Shown: positions 1 to 12,177, counted from the first letter of the stretch. The stretch: DNA of 53,122 nucleotides from an uncultured Anderseniella sp. (GCA_964648175.1 CAZYKZ010000001.1:7192-60313), one strand, 5' to 3'. Translations and numbers: made by a program. The notes: a model not told the origin generated them from the sequence alone.

Positions 1-1337
1 CGGGCAAGCTGTTCCAGCAAGGTCCCGTCGAGCTGGGCATTGGTGCGCAGACCCTGAAGCCCAAGCGCGGCAAACCGCTCCCGCTGGATGGCGCGCGCAG
101 CAGCCACCCGGGCAGCCACTTCGGCCGAGCCTTCTGAAGGCGGCGGCAAGGTCAGATCACTCGCACGCACCGCCGTCAGTTCAATCTGGATGTCGATCCG
201 GTCGAGCAGCGGGCCGGAGATCCGGGCCTGATAGTCGGCCGAGCAGCGTGGGCCCCGGCGGCAGACATGGCCCGCCTCTCCACTCATGCCGCATTTGCAT
301 GGGTTCATGGCCGCGACAAGCTGGAACCGGGCCGGGTAGGTCACATGGTGATTGGCGCGGGCAATCACGGCTTCCCCGGATTCCATCGGCTGGCGCAATG
401 CTTCGAGCGCCCGCGGCTGGAACTCGGGCAACTCGTCAAGAAACAGCACGCCATTGTGGGCGAGCACCATCTCGCCCGGCAGCGCCCGGTGCCCGCCACC
501 CACAAGAGCAGCCTGGGACGCCGAGTGATGCGGTGCACGGAAGGGGCGGACTGGTGTCAGGCCGGTCGTGCGCAACTCGCCGGCAACGGACGAGATCGTC
601 GAAACTTCCAGCATCTCGGCAGCATCCATCGGCGGCAGAATGGAGGGCATCCGCGAGGCCAGCATGGACTTACCCGCGCCGGGCGGACCCACCATCAGCA
701 TGTGATGACCACCTGCAGCAGCTACTTCGAGTGCACGTTTGGCGGTTTCCTGGCCCTTCACGTCCCTGAGGTCCGGCAAGGCAATGGACTGTTCAGCAAT
801 CTTGGCCTTTGGCCGGGACAGAACCTGCGTACCCTTCATGTGATTGAGCACCTGGATCAGCGACCGGACTGCCAGAATGTCCAGATCATCGGATGCCCAC
901 GCAGCTTCGGGACCACATTCTTCAGGGCAGATCAATCCCATGTCCCGGGCGTTGGCGGCCATCGCCGCCGGCAGTACCCCGTTGACCGGCTCGACCTTGC
1001 CATCGAGTGACAGCTCGCCCAGCACGACATACCGGCTGGTGAAATCTGCCGGCAGCAGGCCCATTGCAGCCATCAGGCCGATGGCGATAGGAAGGTCGTA
1101 GTGACTGCCTTCCTTGGGCAAATCTGCCGGCGCCAGGTTGACGGTAATCCGCCTGGCTGGCAGCGCCAGGCCGATGGCAGACAAGGCCGCACGTACACGC
1201 TCCTTGCTTTCAGCCACGGCCTTGTCGCCAAGGCCGACGATGGAAAATGCGACGACGCCAGAGGCCATGTGGACCTGAACGTCCACCGGCACGGCTTCCA
1301 TGCCCTTGAAGGCCACAGTGGCCACGCGCGACACCAT
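1..1337 (-). CDS. comM: YifB/ComM family Mg-chelatase-like AAA+ ATPase (3' part runs off the window; not in the ORF track)
   Basis: Reverse strand from ATG at 1337 reads MVSRVATVAFKGMEAVPVDVQVH...; contains ITVNLAPADLPKEGSHYDLPIA, Walker A GPPGAGKS, HNGVLFLDELPEF and SGPLLDRID motifs typical of YifB/ComM. Confidence 0.92.
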   Translation of the reverse strand, partial: MVSRVATVAFKGMEAVPVDVQVHMASGVVAFSIVGLGDKAVAESKERVRAALSAIGLALPARRITVNLAPADLPKEGSHYDLPIAIGLMAAMGLLPADFTSRYVVLGELSLDGKVEPVNGVLPAAMAANARDMGLICPEECGPEAAWASDDLDILAVRSLIQVLNHMKGTQVLSRPKAKIAEQSIALPDLRDVKGQETAKRALEVAAAGGHHMLMVGPPGAGKSMLASRMPSILPPMDAAEMLEVSTISSVAGELRTTGLTPVRPFRAPHHSASQAALVGGGHRALPGEMVLAHNGVLFLDELPEFQPRALEALRQPMESGEAVIARANHHVTYPARFQLVAAMNPCKCGMSGEAGHVCRRGPRCSADYQARISGPLLDRIDIQIELTAVRASDLTLPPPSEGSAEVAARVAAARAIQRERFAALGLQGLRTNAQLDGTLLEQLA

Positions 1338-1423
1338 GCGCCCGCCTCCCGAAATGACTTTGGGTCACCTTACAGGAAGGAGGAACAACGTCAAGAACAT
1401 TAAGGGAACATTCCGGCCTCGGA

Positions 1424-2365
1424 TCAACTCCGGCGGGCTTCGATGGCGTCCCATGTGAGCGCAGCAATGTCAGCCCCGCCGAATTTCTTCACCTCGCGGA
1501 TGCCTGTGGGCGAGGTCACGTTGATCTCGGTCATGTAGCCGCCGATCACGTCGATGCCGACGAATATCAGGCCACGGCGCTTGAGATCGGGGCCGATGGC
1601 GGCGCAGATTTCGCGCTCACGGTCGGTCAGTTCCGACGGCTCCGGCTTGCCGCCCACGTGCATGTTGGACCGGGTCTCGCCCACGGCAGGCACACGGTTG
1701 ATGGCGCCCACGGGCTCGCCCTCAACAAGTATGATGCGCTTGTCGCCCTTCTTCACGTCGGGAAGATATTTCTGGGCAATGAAAGGTTCTCGGAACGACT
1801 GGGTAAATAGCTCCATCAGCGACGCGAAGTTCTCATCGCCATGGGCGAGACGGAACACACCGGCGCCACCATTGCCATAGAGCGGCTTCAGGATGATGTC
1901 GCCATGTTCGGCACGGAATTGGGCAAGCCGTACCGGATCGCGCGAAATAAGGGTCGGCGGCATGAACTCGGTGTACTGGAGGACATAGAGCTTCTCCGGC
2001 GCGTTGCGAACCTCTGCCGGGTCATTGACGACGAGCGTTTTCGGGTGCACCGCCTCGAGCAGATGGGTGTAGGTGATGTAGTTCATGTCGAACGGCGGGT
2101 CCTGCCGCATCAGGACAACATCGCAGGCCGAGAGGTCTTCGACCCGCTCCTGCGAAGCTTCGAAATGCCTGCCGATCTCGTCGCGCACTTTCATTTCGCG
2201 GCCGGTTGCCGACAGACTGCCATCGCGCAGCGCCAGTGTATCGGGGTGGTAAACGAAAAGGCTGTGGCCGCGGTGCTGGGCCTCCAGCATCAGCGCGAAG
2301 GTGGAATCTCCGCGAATGTCGATACGTTCGATGGGATCCATCTGGACCGCGACCTTGAGAGCCAT
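1424..2365 (-). CDS. gshB: Glutathione synthetase
   Basis: [45 protein letters not shown]-grasp motifs; start moved to ATG 2365. Confidence 0.96.
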   Translation of the reverse strand: MALKVAVQMDPIERIDIRGDSTFALMLEAQHRGHSLFVYHPDTLALRDGSLSATGREMKVRDEIGRHFEASQERVEDLSACDVVLMRQDPPFDMNYITYTHLLEAVHPKTLVVNDPAEVRNAPEKLYVLQYTEFMPPTLISRDPVRLAQFRAEHGDIILKPLYGNGGAGVFRLAHGDENFASLMELFTQSFREPFIAQKYLPDVKKGDKRIILVEGEPVGAINRVPAVGETRSNMHVGGKPEPSELTDREREICAAIGPDLKRRGLIFVGIDVIGGYMTEINVTSPTGIREVKKFGGADIAALTWDAIEARRS

Positions 2366-2385
2366 GGGCAGGTAACTCCGGTTGT

Positions 2386-2769
2386 CTATTGATCGTCCGA
2401 TGCAAAGGCGTTGGGCAGGTGTTGCGGCCACTGGTAGGGCGTGACCAGCACGATGTCAAAGCGGCAATCGCAGTTGATGGCGTCCGGGTTTGATGCGAGC
2501 CAGTGATGGGCTGCGGAGACGATGCGCCGACGTTGCCGCAATGAGACCGATTCGAGCGCTTCTTCAACCGAAGACCTTGTCTTTACCTCGACGAACGCGA
2601 TGGCGTTTCCGCGCCGTATGACAAGGTCGATCTCACCGGCGGGCGACTTCCAGCGGCGGTCCAGAATCCGGTAGCCCTTGAGCCGAAGCATCATGGCGGC
2701 CCGGGCTTCCGCCAGATGGCCCCGGCGCTCAGCCTGCTGGCGTTCGGGCGCGGGGTGCGACCGGCTCAC
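2386..2769 (-). CDS. yraN: YraN family (UPF0102) PD-(D/E)XK nuclease
   Basis: G..AE..A...L..KGYRIL.RRW....GEIDLV......FVEVK and CRFDIV motifs; synteny rsmI-yraN-gshB-comM. Confidence 0.92.
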   Translation of the reverse strand: MSRSHPAPERQQAERRGHLAEARAAMMLRLKGYRILDRRWKSPAGEIDLVIRRGNAIAFVEVKTRSSVEEALESVSLRQRRRIVSAAHHWLASNPDAINCDCRFDIVLVTPYQWPQHLPNAFASDDQ

Positions 2770-3665
2770 TTGCCGGCCTCCTTCAATTTCATGGCGAGAT
2801 CGTAAAGCTGTGCGCGCGGCAGACCTGTTTCGCGTGCAGCCAAAGCGGCTGCCTTGCTGGCGGAATTATCCTGCAGCAACGCCCGCAGACGCTCACCGAT
2901 ATCAGCTTCACTCTGCCCGGCGGTCTCCAGTGGTGGCCCGACCAGCAGCGTGATTTCGCCTTTCACCTTGCCATCCGGCGGGAGCAATTGAATCAGCTCA
3001 TCAGCCGTGCCGCGCATGACCTCCTGATGCAGCTTGGTCAGTTCACGGGCGACCGCTACCTGCCGGCCAGGCAATTCCGACGCAACGTCGCGGAGACTGG
3101 CGGCAAGGCGCGGTGCAGTTTCAAAGAAGATCAAGGTGGCCGGCACGTCCGCCAGTTCCCGAAGGGCAGACAGCCTTTGGCCCTGCTTGTGCGGCAGGAA
3201 GCCCGCAAAAAGGAAGCGGTCGGTCGGAAGTCCAGACAGCGCCAGGGCCGTCACAGGCGCGGTCGGTCCGGGTATGACATCTACCGGTATTCCCTTGTCT
3301 ATGCACTCGCGAACCAGCTTGTAGCCCGGATCCGAAATGGCCGGCATGCCGGCGTCGGATACCAGCGCGAACGAGCCTCCAGCGGCCAGTTCGTCCAGTA
3401 TGGCCGGACGGACGCGGGCTGCATTGTGGTCGTGGTAAGGCCGCAATCGTGTGGAAATTGAGTAGCGCTGCATGAGGCGGCTGGTTACCCTCGTATCCTC
3501 GCAAAGGACTGTACCGGCGGCCGCCAATACGCAGAGCGCCCTGAGCGAAATATCACCGAGATGACCAAGCGGCGTGGCAACCAGATAAAGCCCGGGCGCA
3601 AGCGCTGGAGCTTCAAAAACCTGTCCGTTTATTGTGTAAACGGGCCGTGCCCGGTTGATTGACAT
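2766..3665 (-). CDS. rsmI: 16S rRNA (cytidine1402-2'-O)-methyltransferase
   Basis: LYLVATPLGHLGDISLRA, CEDTRVT, LVSDAGMPAISDPG, ARELTKLH motifs. Confidence 0.95.
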   Translation of the reverse strand: MSINRARPVYTINGQVFEAPALAPGLYLVATPLGHLGDISLRALCVLAAAGTVLCEDTRVTSRLMQRYSISTRLRPYHDHNAARVRPAILDELAAGGSFALVSDAGMPAISDPGYKLVRECIDKGIPVDVIPGPTAPVTALALSGLPTDRFLFAGFLPHKQGQRLSALRELADVPATLIFFETAPRLAASLRDVASELPGRQVAVARELTKLHQEVMRGTADELIQLLPPDGKVKGEITLLVGPPLETAGQSEADIGERLRALLQDNSASKAAALAARETGLPRAQLYDLAMKLKEAGK

Positions 3666-3783
3666 GTCGATTATGGGGAGCGGAGCGTTTGAAACACGTG
3701 GCGAATGCAGTTAAAGGAGGCGCGAGGAGATGGACTCAGCACCGGCCAGAGCCGGCTGACTCCATGAACATGCGGGGGGCATC

Positions 3784-5010
3784 ATGAACCTCAACCGGAA
3801 GCTGCGCAACCTGATCGCGATGGCCGTGCGGACCCTGGCGGTCCTTGCGCTGGCCGTCAGTCTGCAGGCCTGTTCGACAGGCGGCGTCAACATGGGCAGC
3901 CTGTTCAGCGACGACAAGCCGGCCGCCGGCACAGAGGGCCAATCCCAGTTGCAGCCAGTCCAACCGCCGGCCTCGTCGGGTCCGGTCAAGGTCGCGCTGC
4001 TGTTGCCGCTTTCGGCCCCGGGCCAGACGGCCGTCATCGGCAAGGCCTTGAAGAACGCCGCCGAGACCGCGCTGCTCGACTCCGGAAGCCAGAATATCCA
4101 GTTAATCACCAAGGATACCCTGGGAAATGCAGATGGTGCGCGGACTGCAGCCAACGCTGCATTGAACGATGGCGCATCGCTCATACTCGGGCCGCTTCTG
4201 TCATCGGAAGTGCAGGCCATCTCCCCGATCGCCCGCCAACGCGGCGTTCCGGTCATCGCTTTTTCATCAGTCGCAAGCGTGGCCGGCAATGGTGTCTACC
4301 TCATGAGCTTCCTGCCCAGCGAAGAGGTTGCCAACCTGATCCGCTTCGCCAGTCAGCAGGGCATCAAGAACATTGCCGCAATGGTGCCCCAGAACGCATA
4401 TGGCAGTGCAGCCGAGCAGGCGCTAAGCGAAGCGGCCGGACGCCACGGCGTTCAGATCGTGGCCATGGACCGCTATCCCCGCAATGCAGGAGGGGCGACT
4501 ACGGTTGCCCAGGCCGTTGCCGGCAAGGTGTCCAACCCCACCAACAACATTCAGGGACTGTTCCTGCCCGAAGGCGGTGAAATGCTCGCTGCTGCCGCAA
4601 ACGGACTCGCCAACTCTGGCCTGTCAGCCGGGCGTGTGAGAATGCTGGGAACCGGACTGTGGGATGAGCGGTCGACGTCTTCGATCGCCCTGATAAATGG
4701 CGGCTGGTATGCAGGCGTAGCGCCTGCACTGGTCGAACGTTTCGATTCCCGCTACCGGCAGACATACGGCAATTCTCCACCGCGCATTGCAAGCCTTGCC
4801 TACGATGCAGTGAGCCTCGCCGTGATTGCCGGCCGCAATGCGCCGGGAGGCCGCATATCCACCTCGGCGATCACCAATCCCGAAGGCTTCAGGGGCGTGA
4901 ACGGCTTGTTCCGCTTCCGTCAGTCGGGTCTGATCGAACGCGGACTTTCCATTCTGGAGGTTACGCCGACAGGTCCGCGCGAGGTTTCGCCGGCGCCGCA
5001 GCGGTTCTAG
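3784..5010 (+). CDS. Penicillin-binding protein activator (LpoA/LppC-like) lipoprotein, type 1 periplasmic-binding fold
   Basis: Lipobox LQAC; KVALLLPLS, LILGPL, RIASLAYDA, GFRGVNGLFRF motifs; divergent from rsmI as usual in alphaproteobacteria. Confidence 0.8.
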   Translation: MNLNRKLRNLIAMAVRTLAVLALAVSLQACSTGGVNMGSLFSDDKPAAGTEGQSQLQPVQPPASSGPVKVALLLPLSAPGQTAVIGKALKNAAETALLDSGSQNIQLITKDTLGNADGARTAANAALNDGASLILGPLLSSEVQAISPIARQRGVPVIAFSSVASVAGNGVYLMSFLPSEEVANLIRFASQQGIKNIAAMVPQNAYGSAAEQALSEAAGRHGVQIVAMDRYPRNAGGATTVAQAVAGKVSNPTNNIQGLFLPEGGEMLAAAANGLANSGLSAGRVRMLGTGLWDERSTSSIALINGGWYAGVAPALVERFDSRYRQTYGNSPPRIASLAYDAVSLAVIAGRNAPGGRISTSAITNPEGFRGVNGLFRFRQSGLIERGLSILEVTPTGPREVSPAPQRF

Positions 5011-6184
5011 GCAAGGCATCGAGCGCAATCCGTTCGATCACTGCATTCAAGACCTGCCGCCCGGCAGCAGTGGCCGTGATTCTGTCACCCGCCATCTGGA
5101 CCTCGATGCGGATGAAACCGCCAGCCTCCAGATCGGCAAGAGGCTGCATGTCGAGCCTTGCACCCACAAGGGCTTCGAGTCGCGACAATGAGACCCCTTC
5201 TGTTGTCCGCATGCCCATGAGAAGGCACTCGACGGCTGCATCGGCTTGGCTGATCTGTTCGTGCTCGACAATGCCGTTGCCCTGTGAGCGCACCATCGAC
5301 AGCCATGTTTCAGGGTGCCGCTCGGTGGCGATGGCCGTTCGAGTACTCTCCCGACCGATGAGCCTGGCGTGAGCGCCAGGGCCAACGCCGGCATACTCGC
5401 CATAGCGCCAGTACAGCAGATTGTGCCGACACTCCTTGCCAGGGCCTGCGTGGTTCGAAACCTCATAGGCAAAGAGCCCCGCTGCCTCCGTCATCTCCTG
5501 GGTGATCTCGTAAAGCTCCGCTCCCGTATCCTCGCCAGGCACCTGCAGGGACCCTGCCTCATGCAGGTCGAAAAACCGGGTGCCCGGTTCGATTGTGAGC
5601 TGGTAGAGCGACATGTGCCCGTCCTGCTCGGCCAGCGCAGTTGTCAGCTCACGCCGCCAGTCTTCGGGCGTCTGGCCGGGACGGGCATAGATCAGGTCGA
5701 ACGAGGTTCGCGGGAAAACCTGCCTGGCAAGCCTGAATGCCGCCAGCGCCTCGTCCGCCGTATGCTGCCGTCCAAGTGCCTTCAGATCTTCATCGTTCAA
5801 GGCCTGAACGCCGACCGAGACCCGGTTGACGCCAGCAGTCCGGTAGCCGCGGAAATTCGAAGCCTCGACACTGGTCGGATTTGCTTCCAGCGTAATTTCC
5901 ACGTCCGGGTGAAAGGTCCACAACTGCGCTACCTTGTCGATCACCGTGGCGACTGCGGCGGGCGGCATCAGGGACGGCGTGCCGCCGCCGAAGAAGATGC
6001 TGGTCACCTGTCGGCCCGGCGTGTGGGTGGCAAACCATTCGAGTTCTCGTGAGAGTGCTGCAGCGAACGCGCCGGCATCAACGCCGTGATGGCGGACATG
6101 GGAGTTGAAATCGCAATAGGGGCACTTGGCCTTGCAGAAGGGCCAATGCACGTAAACACCGAATGCATTGTCTTCGGTTTGCAT
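4961..6184 (-). CDS. hemW: Radical SAM heme chaperone HemW (HemN-like)
   Basis: YVHWPFCKAKCPYCDFNS CxxxCxxC motif, FFGGGTPS, HNLLYW; rph-rdgB-hemW synteny. Confidence 0.93.
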   Translation of the reverse strand: MQTEDNAFGVYVHWPFCKAKCPYCDFNSHVRHHGVDAGAFAAALSRELEWFATHTPGRQVTSIFFGGGTPSLMPPAAVATVIDKVAQLWTFHPDVEITLEANPTSVEASNFRGYRTAGVNRVSVGVQALNDEDLKALGRQHTADEALAAFRLARQVFPRTSFDLIYARPGQTPEDWRRELTTALAEQDGHMSLYQLTIEPGTRFFDLHEAGSLQVPGEDTGAELYEITQEMTEAAGLFAYEVSNHAGPGKECRHNLLYWRYGEYAGVGPGAHARLIGRESTRTAIATERHPETWLSMVRSQGNGIVEHEQISQADAAVECLLMGMRTTEGVSLSRLEALVGARLDMQPLADLEAGGFIRIEVQMAGDRITATAAGRQVLNAVIERIALDALPRTAAAPAKPRADLSA

Positions 6185-6193
6185 GTTGATTGC

Positions 6194-6814
6194 CTAGCTG
6201 GCAGAACCTTTCAACGCGGCCACAAGTTGCTCGAATGCCCGCGCGCGATGCGACATGGCATGCTTGGCGGCCGGATCCATCTCGCCGAACGTAATTCCGT
6301 GGCCTTCTGGCTGGAAGACGGGATCGTAGCCGAAGCCCTTGTCGCCGCGAGGCGGCCAGACGAGCACGCCATGAACTTCGCCGCGATAAACCTTCGAAGG
6401 CTGACCGGGAATGGCAAGGCAAAGGGCGCAGACGAAATGCGCCTTGCGCTGATCGGGCGACAAGGCATAGCGGTCACGCAGTTCGTGCTCGACCTTCTGC
6501 ATTGCCCTGGTGAAGTTCTTGTCTGCACCAGCCCAACGGGCTGAGTAGATGCCCGGTGCCCCACCGAGTGCATCGACGCACAGGCCGGAATCGTCGGAAA
6601 GCGCCGCCAGACCAGAGGCCCTGGTAGCCGCCTCCGCCTTCAGCCGCGCATTGCCCTCAAATGTATCCTCGGTCTCTTCCGGCTCCGGCAGACCAAGTTC
6701 ACCAGCGGATATGGCATCAATACCCAGAGGCTTAAGCAGGTCGCCAATCTCGCGAACCTTGCCCGGGTTATGGCTTGCGACGACAAGCTTGTTGTCTGGC
6801 AGCTCGATTGCCAT
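6194..6814 (-). CDS. rdgB: dITP/XTP pyrophosphatase (RdgB/HAM1)
   Basis: [46 protein letters not shown]. Confidence 0.96.
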   Translation of the reverse strand: MAIELPDNKLVVASHNPGKVREIGDLLKPLGIDAISAGELGLPEPEETEDTFEGNARLKAEAATRASGLAALSDDSGLCVDALGGAPGIYSARWAGADKNFTRAMQKVEHELRDRYALSPDQRKAHFVCALCLAIPGQPSKVYRGEVHGVLVWPPRGDKGFGYDPVFQPEGHGITFGEMDPAAKHAMSHRARAFEQLVAALKGSAS

Positions 6815-7527
6815 CAGCTGACGGCGGCCTTCTGAAGCGCAACAAGTTCACCAATGCCGGCCTTGGCTAGATTCAGCAACTGCAACAGTTCCTGTTCGCT
6901 GAACGGCGTACCCTCGGCAGTCCCCTGCACTTCCACAAGCCCACCCGATCCGGTCATCACGAAGTTCGCGTCTGTCTCGGCTGACGAATCCTCGTCGTAA
7001 TCGAGATCAGCTACAGCGATGCCTTGATAGATCCCGCACGAAAGGGCAGCGACGTGATCGACCAGTGGGGTCTCTTCCAGCGATCCGTCGGCCAGCAGCT
7101 TTGCAATGCAATCGTGCAAGGCCACCCAGGCGCCAGTGATGGATGCTGTACGCGTGCCACCGTCCGCCTGAATGACATCGCAGTCCACTGTAATCTGACG
7201 TTCGCCAAGCTTTTCCATGTCGACCACAGCGCGAAGGGAACGGCCAATGAGCCGCTGGATTTCCAGCGTGCGGCCCGACTGCTTGCCTGCCGTCGACTCA
7301 CGGCGCATGCGCGAACCCGTCGAGCGCGGCAGCATGCCGTACTCGGCGGTCACCCAGCCCTTGCCGCCGCCGCGCAGCCATGGCGGCACGCGGTCTTCAA
7401 GGCTTGCGGTGCAGAGTACGTGGGTATTGCCGAACTTCACCAGGCAAGAGCCCTCGGCGTGCATCGACACATTGCGCTCCAGGGTCACCCGGCGCATTTC
7501 ATCAGGTTTGCGGCCAGAAGGTCTCAT
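6814..7527 (-). CDS. rph: Ribonuclease PH
   Basis: MRPSGR.., [38 protein letters not shown]; start ATG 7527 gives 237 aa. Confidence 0.97.
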   Translation of the reverse strand: MRPSGRKPDEMRRVTLERNVSMHAEGSCLVKFGNTHVLCTASLEDRVPPWLRGGGKGWVTAEYGMLPRSTGSRMRRESTAGKQSGRTLEIQRLIGRSLRAVVDMEKLGERQITVDCDVIQADGGTRTASITGAWVALHDCIAKLLADGSLEETPLVDHVAALSCGIYQGIAVADLDYDEDSSAETDANFVMTGSGGLVEVQGTAEGTPFSEQELLQLLNLAKAGIGELVALQKAAVS

Positions 7528-7619
7528 ATGGGCAAGCTTCCATTCATGTAAGGTCATTTCATCTGTGAGGTCCGTGGTGTACCGCTCGCATGGATCGAGC
7601 GCAATCGGCGAGCGCGGCA

Positions 7620-7648
7620 ATTGACGCTGCCAATGGCCGCACCTAGAT
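7620..7648 (+). promoter_or_regulatory. Putative RpoH (sigma32)-type promoter of hrcA
   Basis: ATTGAC-N16-CCTAGAT versus the alphaproteobacterial RpoH consensus CTTGAA-N16-CCTATAT, 31 nt before the hrcA ATG. Confidence 0.55.
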
Positions 7649-7679
7649 TCCTTCCTGCAACCTGATTTCGCGAGGATTC

Positions 7680-8753
7680 ATGAAAGCGATTGATGATCGC
7701 CTGACAGAATTGTCCGTTCTGGACAAACGCTCGCGCGACATTTTCCGCCGTCTGGTCGAGACATTCCTCGAGACCGGTGGCCCGGTCGGATCGCGGACGA
7801 TCTCGCGCAACCTGCCCATCGGCCTTTCGCCAGCGTCAATCCGCAATATCATGTCCGACCTCGAAGAGGCCGGCCTCATCTATGCGCCGCACACAAGCGC
7901 CGGACGCCTTCCGACCGAGACCGGTTTGCGCTTCTTCGTTGACGCACTGATGGAAGTGGGCCGCCTGACCAATGAAGAGCGCGCGAGAATTGATGCGCAG
8001 ATCGCCGGCCTCAACCGGGACAGGACGACGGACGACATTCTTGCCGATGCGACCAACATGCTTTCGGGCCTGTCCCGCTGCGCCGGCCTCGTGCTTACAT
8101 CCAAGGTGAACGCCCGGCTGCGCCACATCGAGTTTGTCAGCATCAACCCTTCGAAGGCGCTGGTGGTGATGGTAAGCGAGGATGGAAGCGTTGAGAACCG
8201 GACCTTCGAGATTCCGCGCGGACTTCCGGCGTCAACGCTCACCGAGGTCAGCAACTACCTGAACAGCCGCTGCCGGGGCCTGACCATCGCCGAGCTGCGC
8301 GAGCAACTCGGCAGCCAGGTGGACACCGTCAAGCGGGAACTCGATTCGCTTGCGTCGCGAGTGATCGAGGCCGGTCTTGCAGCCTGGTCAGATGACGATG
8401 GCGAAGGAAAGCGCTCATTGATCGTGCGTGGCCGTTCCAACCTGATTGACGACACCGCGCATGGCGATGATATCGCGAGGATCCGCCAGCTGTTCGACGA
8501 TCTGGAAACAAAGAAGGACGTCATGAACCTGCTCGGACTTGCCGAAAGCGGCGAGGGCGTGCGGATTTTCATCGGGGCGGAGACCAAGCTGTTCTCAATG
8601 TCCGGGTCGTCACTGGTCGTAGCACCCTACAGCGATGCAAAGAACAACATCGTCGGGGTGCTCGGCGTGGTAGGTCCGACCCGTCTCAATTATTCGCGCA
8701 TCGTGCCCATGGTGGATTACACGGCCCAGGCAATCGGCCGTCTGATCTCTTGA
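7680..8753 (+). CDS. hrcA: Heat-inducible transcription repressor HrcA
   Basis: PVGSRTIS, SPASIRNIMSDLE, PHTSAGRLPT, GVVGPTRLNY. Confidence 0.97.
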   Translation: MKAIDDRLTELSVLDKRSRDIFRRLVETFLETGGPVGSRTISRNLPIGLSPASIRNIMSDLEEAGLIYAPHTSAGRLPTETGLRFFVDALMEVGRLTNEERARIDAQIAGLNRDRTTDDILADATNMLSGLSRCAGLVLTSKVNARLRHIEFVSINPSKALVVMVSEDGSVENRTFEIPRGLPASTLTEVSNYLNSRCRGLTIAELREQLGSQVDTVKRELDSLASRVIEAGLAAWSDDDGEGKRSLIVRGRSNLIDDTAHGDDIARIRQLFDDLETKKDVMNLLGLAESGEGVRIFIGAETKLFSMSGSSLVVAPYSDAKNNIVGVLGVVGPTRLNYSRIVPMVDYTAQAIGRLIS

Positions 8754-8824
8754 TATTTCGGCGCAAAACGATGATATGCGGGTCATCCAAGTGAAACTGA
8801 CCTGATTTTTGTGGATGCGGGACC

Positions 8825-9445
8825 ATGACCGACACCAAAAGCGATTCCGAAACCAAGCAAGCCGAAACCGTCGAAGAGATCGAGGAAGCCGCTTGCGCCA
8901 GCGCCGATGACAAGGCCGCAGCGCAAGGTGCTGATGCCCCGGACGATGAGACCGGGCTGGATCAACTGGAGATCCTGCGCGAGGAGAATGCAGCGCTCAA
9001 GGACAAGGTACTTCGGGCGATGGCCGAGACGGAGAACCTGCGCAAGCGGGCTGAGCGGGAGAAGGCCGAGGCCACGCTTTACGCAGCCACAAATTTTGCC
9101 CGCGACCTCCTGTCTGTGAGCGACAGTCTCGCCAAGGCGCTTGAAATGATGGACGACGATGCCCGCTCGAAGGCGGACGACGCCACGCGCAAGCTTGTCG
9201 AGGGCATCGAGCTGACCCGCCGCGAACTGCTGAATTCGTTTCAGAAGCACGGCATTGTCGAACTCGATCCGAAAGACGAGAAGTTCGATCCGAACTTCCA
9301 TCAGGCGATGTTCGAAGTGCCGGGCTCAGGCAAGCCGAACGGTACGGTCGTTCAGGTGGTCCAAACCGGCTACAAGATCGGCGAACGCATACTTCGACCG
9401 GCTCTCGTCGGCGTTGCAAAGGACGCGGGCAACGGAAAGTCCTGA
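8825..9445 (+). CDS. grpE: Nucleotide exchange factor GrpE
   Basis: LRAMAETENLRKR, FDPNFHQAM, VVQTGYKIGERILRPALV. Confidence 0.97.
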   Translation: MTDTKSDSETKQAETVEEIEEAACASADDKAAAQGADAPDDETGLDQLEILREENAALKDKVLRAMAETENLRKRAEREKAEATLYAATNFARDLLSVSDSLAKALEMMDDDARSKADDATRKLVEGIELTRRELLNSFQKHGIVELDPKDEKFDPNFHQAMFEVPGSGKPNGTVVQVVQTGYKIGERILRPALVGVAKDAGNGKS

Positions 9446-9456
9446 TCCAGTCTGCT

Positions 9457-10062
9457 TCAAGGCCGTGTCACCCGCCGCAGTGTGAGATTGATGCGGCCTC
9501 CATCCTTGAGCAGGGCTGAAGTGCCGGGCAGGATCCGGTCGACGCCATGAAAGCACAGCCGGGCTTCGCCTCCCAGGACCACGACATCGCCGGACTGAAG
9601 CTTGATTGATTGGGTTGGCGACTTGCGATCCAGTCCGCCGACCCGGAACACGGCAGTATCTCCAAGTGACACAGACACAACCGGCGCGTCGAAATCTTCC
9701 TCGTCGCGATCCTGATGCAGCCCCATCCTGGCTGACGGTTCGTAGAAATTGACCAGGCAGGCTTGCGGTGGATGCCTGTAGTCCGACACTGCAGACCACA
9801 GGTCGAGCAGCATCTGCGGTATCGACGGCCAAGGCCTGCCGGTAGCTGGGTGAGCCGCCTGGTATCTGTAACCCGCCCTGTCGCTTACCCATCCCAGTTC
9901 GCCCATGTTGGTCATCCGGACGGAGAAAGGCTTGCCCGAACGCGGCATGACTGGCTGGAACAGAGGTGCCTCCCGCACCGCCTCCCGGACCATTTCCAGC
10001 AACTGGCGTTGGGCGTCTGGATCGAGCTGCCCAGGCAGCCATTTGACGCCTGCAATCTTCAT
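9457..10062 (-). CDS. alkB: Alpha-ketoglutarate-dependent dioxygenase AlkB
   Basis: SVRMTNMGELGWVSD..GYRY, ACLVNFY, HQD Fe motif, VSVSLGD, FHGV, RINLTLR; start moved to ATG 10062. Confidence 0.92.
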   Translation of the reverse strand: MKIAGVKWLPGQLDPDAQRQLLEMVREAVREAPLFQPVMPRSGKPFSVRMTNMGELGWVSDRAGYRYQAAHPATGRPWPSIPQMLLDLWSAVSDYRHPPQACLVNFYEPSARMGLHQDRDEEDFDAPVVSVSLGDTAVFRVGGLDRKSPTQSIKLQSGDVVVLGGEARLCFHGVDRILPGTSALLKDGGRINLTLRRVTRP

Positions 10063-10079
10063 TCTTGATGCCAACTTCA

Positions 10080-10108
10080 CTTGATGGAGGCTGAACTGGC
10101 TCCTATAT
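10080..10108 (+). promoter_or_regulatory. RpoH (sigma32) heat-shock promoter of dnaK-dnaJ
   Basis: CTTGAT-N16-CCTATAT, a near-perfect alphaproteobacterial RpoH consensus about 150 nt upstream of dnaK. Confidence 0.85.
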
Positions 10109-10257
10109 AGCCCTCGAACGCAGGGCAAAAGCCGGGTCGACCGGCTTTGCGTCCTGAAAACTGAGTAGAGCAACCGGGGTCTGCCACCGGATATTCCGGC
10201 GAATTGTGCGCCTGCCAAGATCAGGGCACAAGCGGCAGACCGCTAATGGAGGGCTAA

Positions 10258-12177
<1,920 letters not shown>

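Noticed and set aside
248-1403. Several plus-strand ORFs of 85-247 aa
   Set aside because: Antisense shadows of comM, which the ORF track missed because it runs off the window edge
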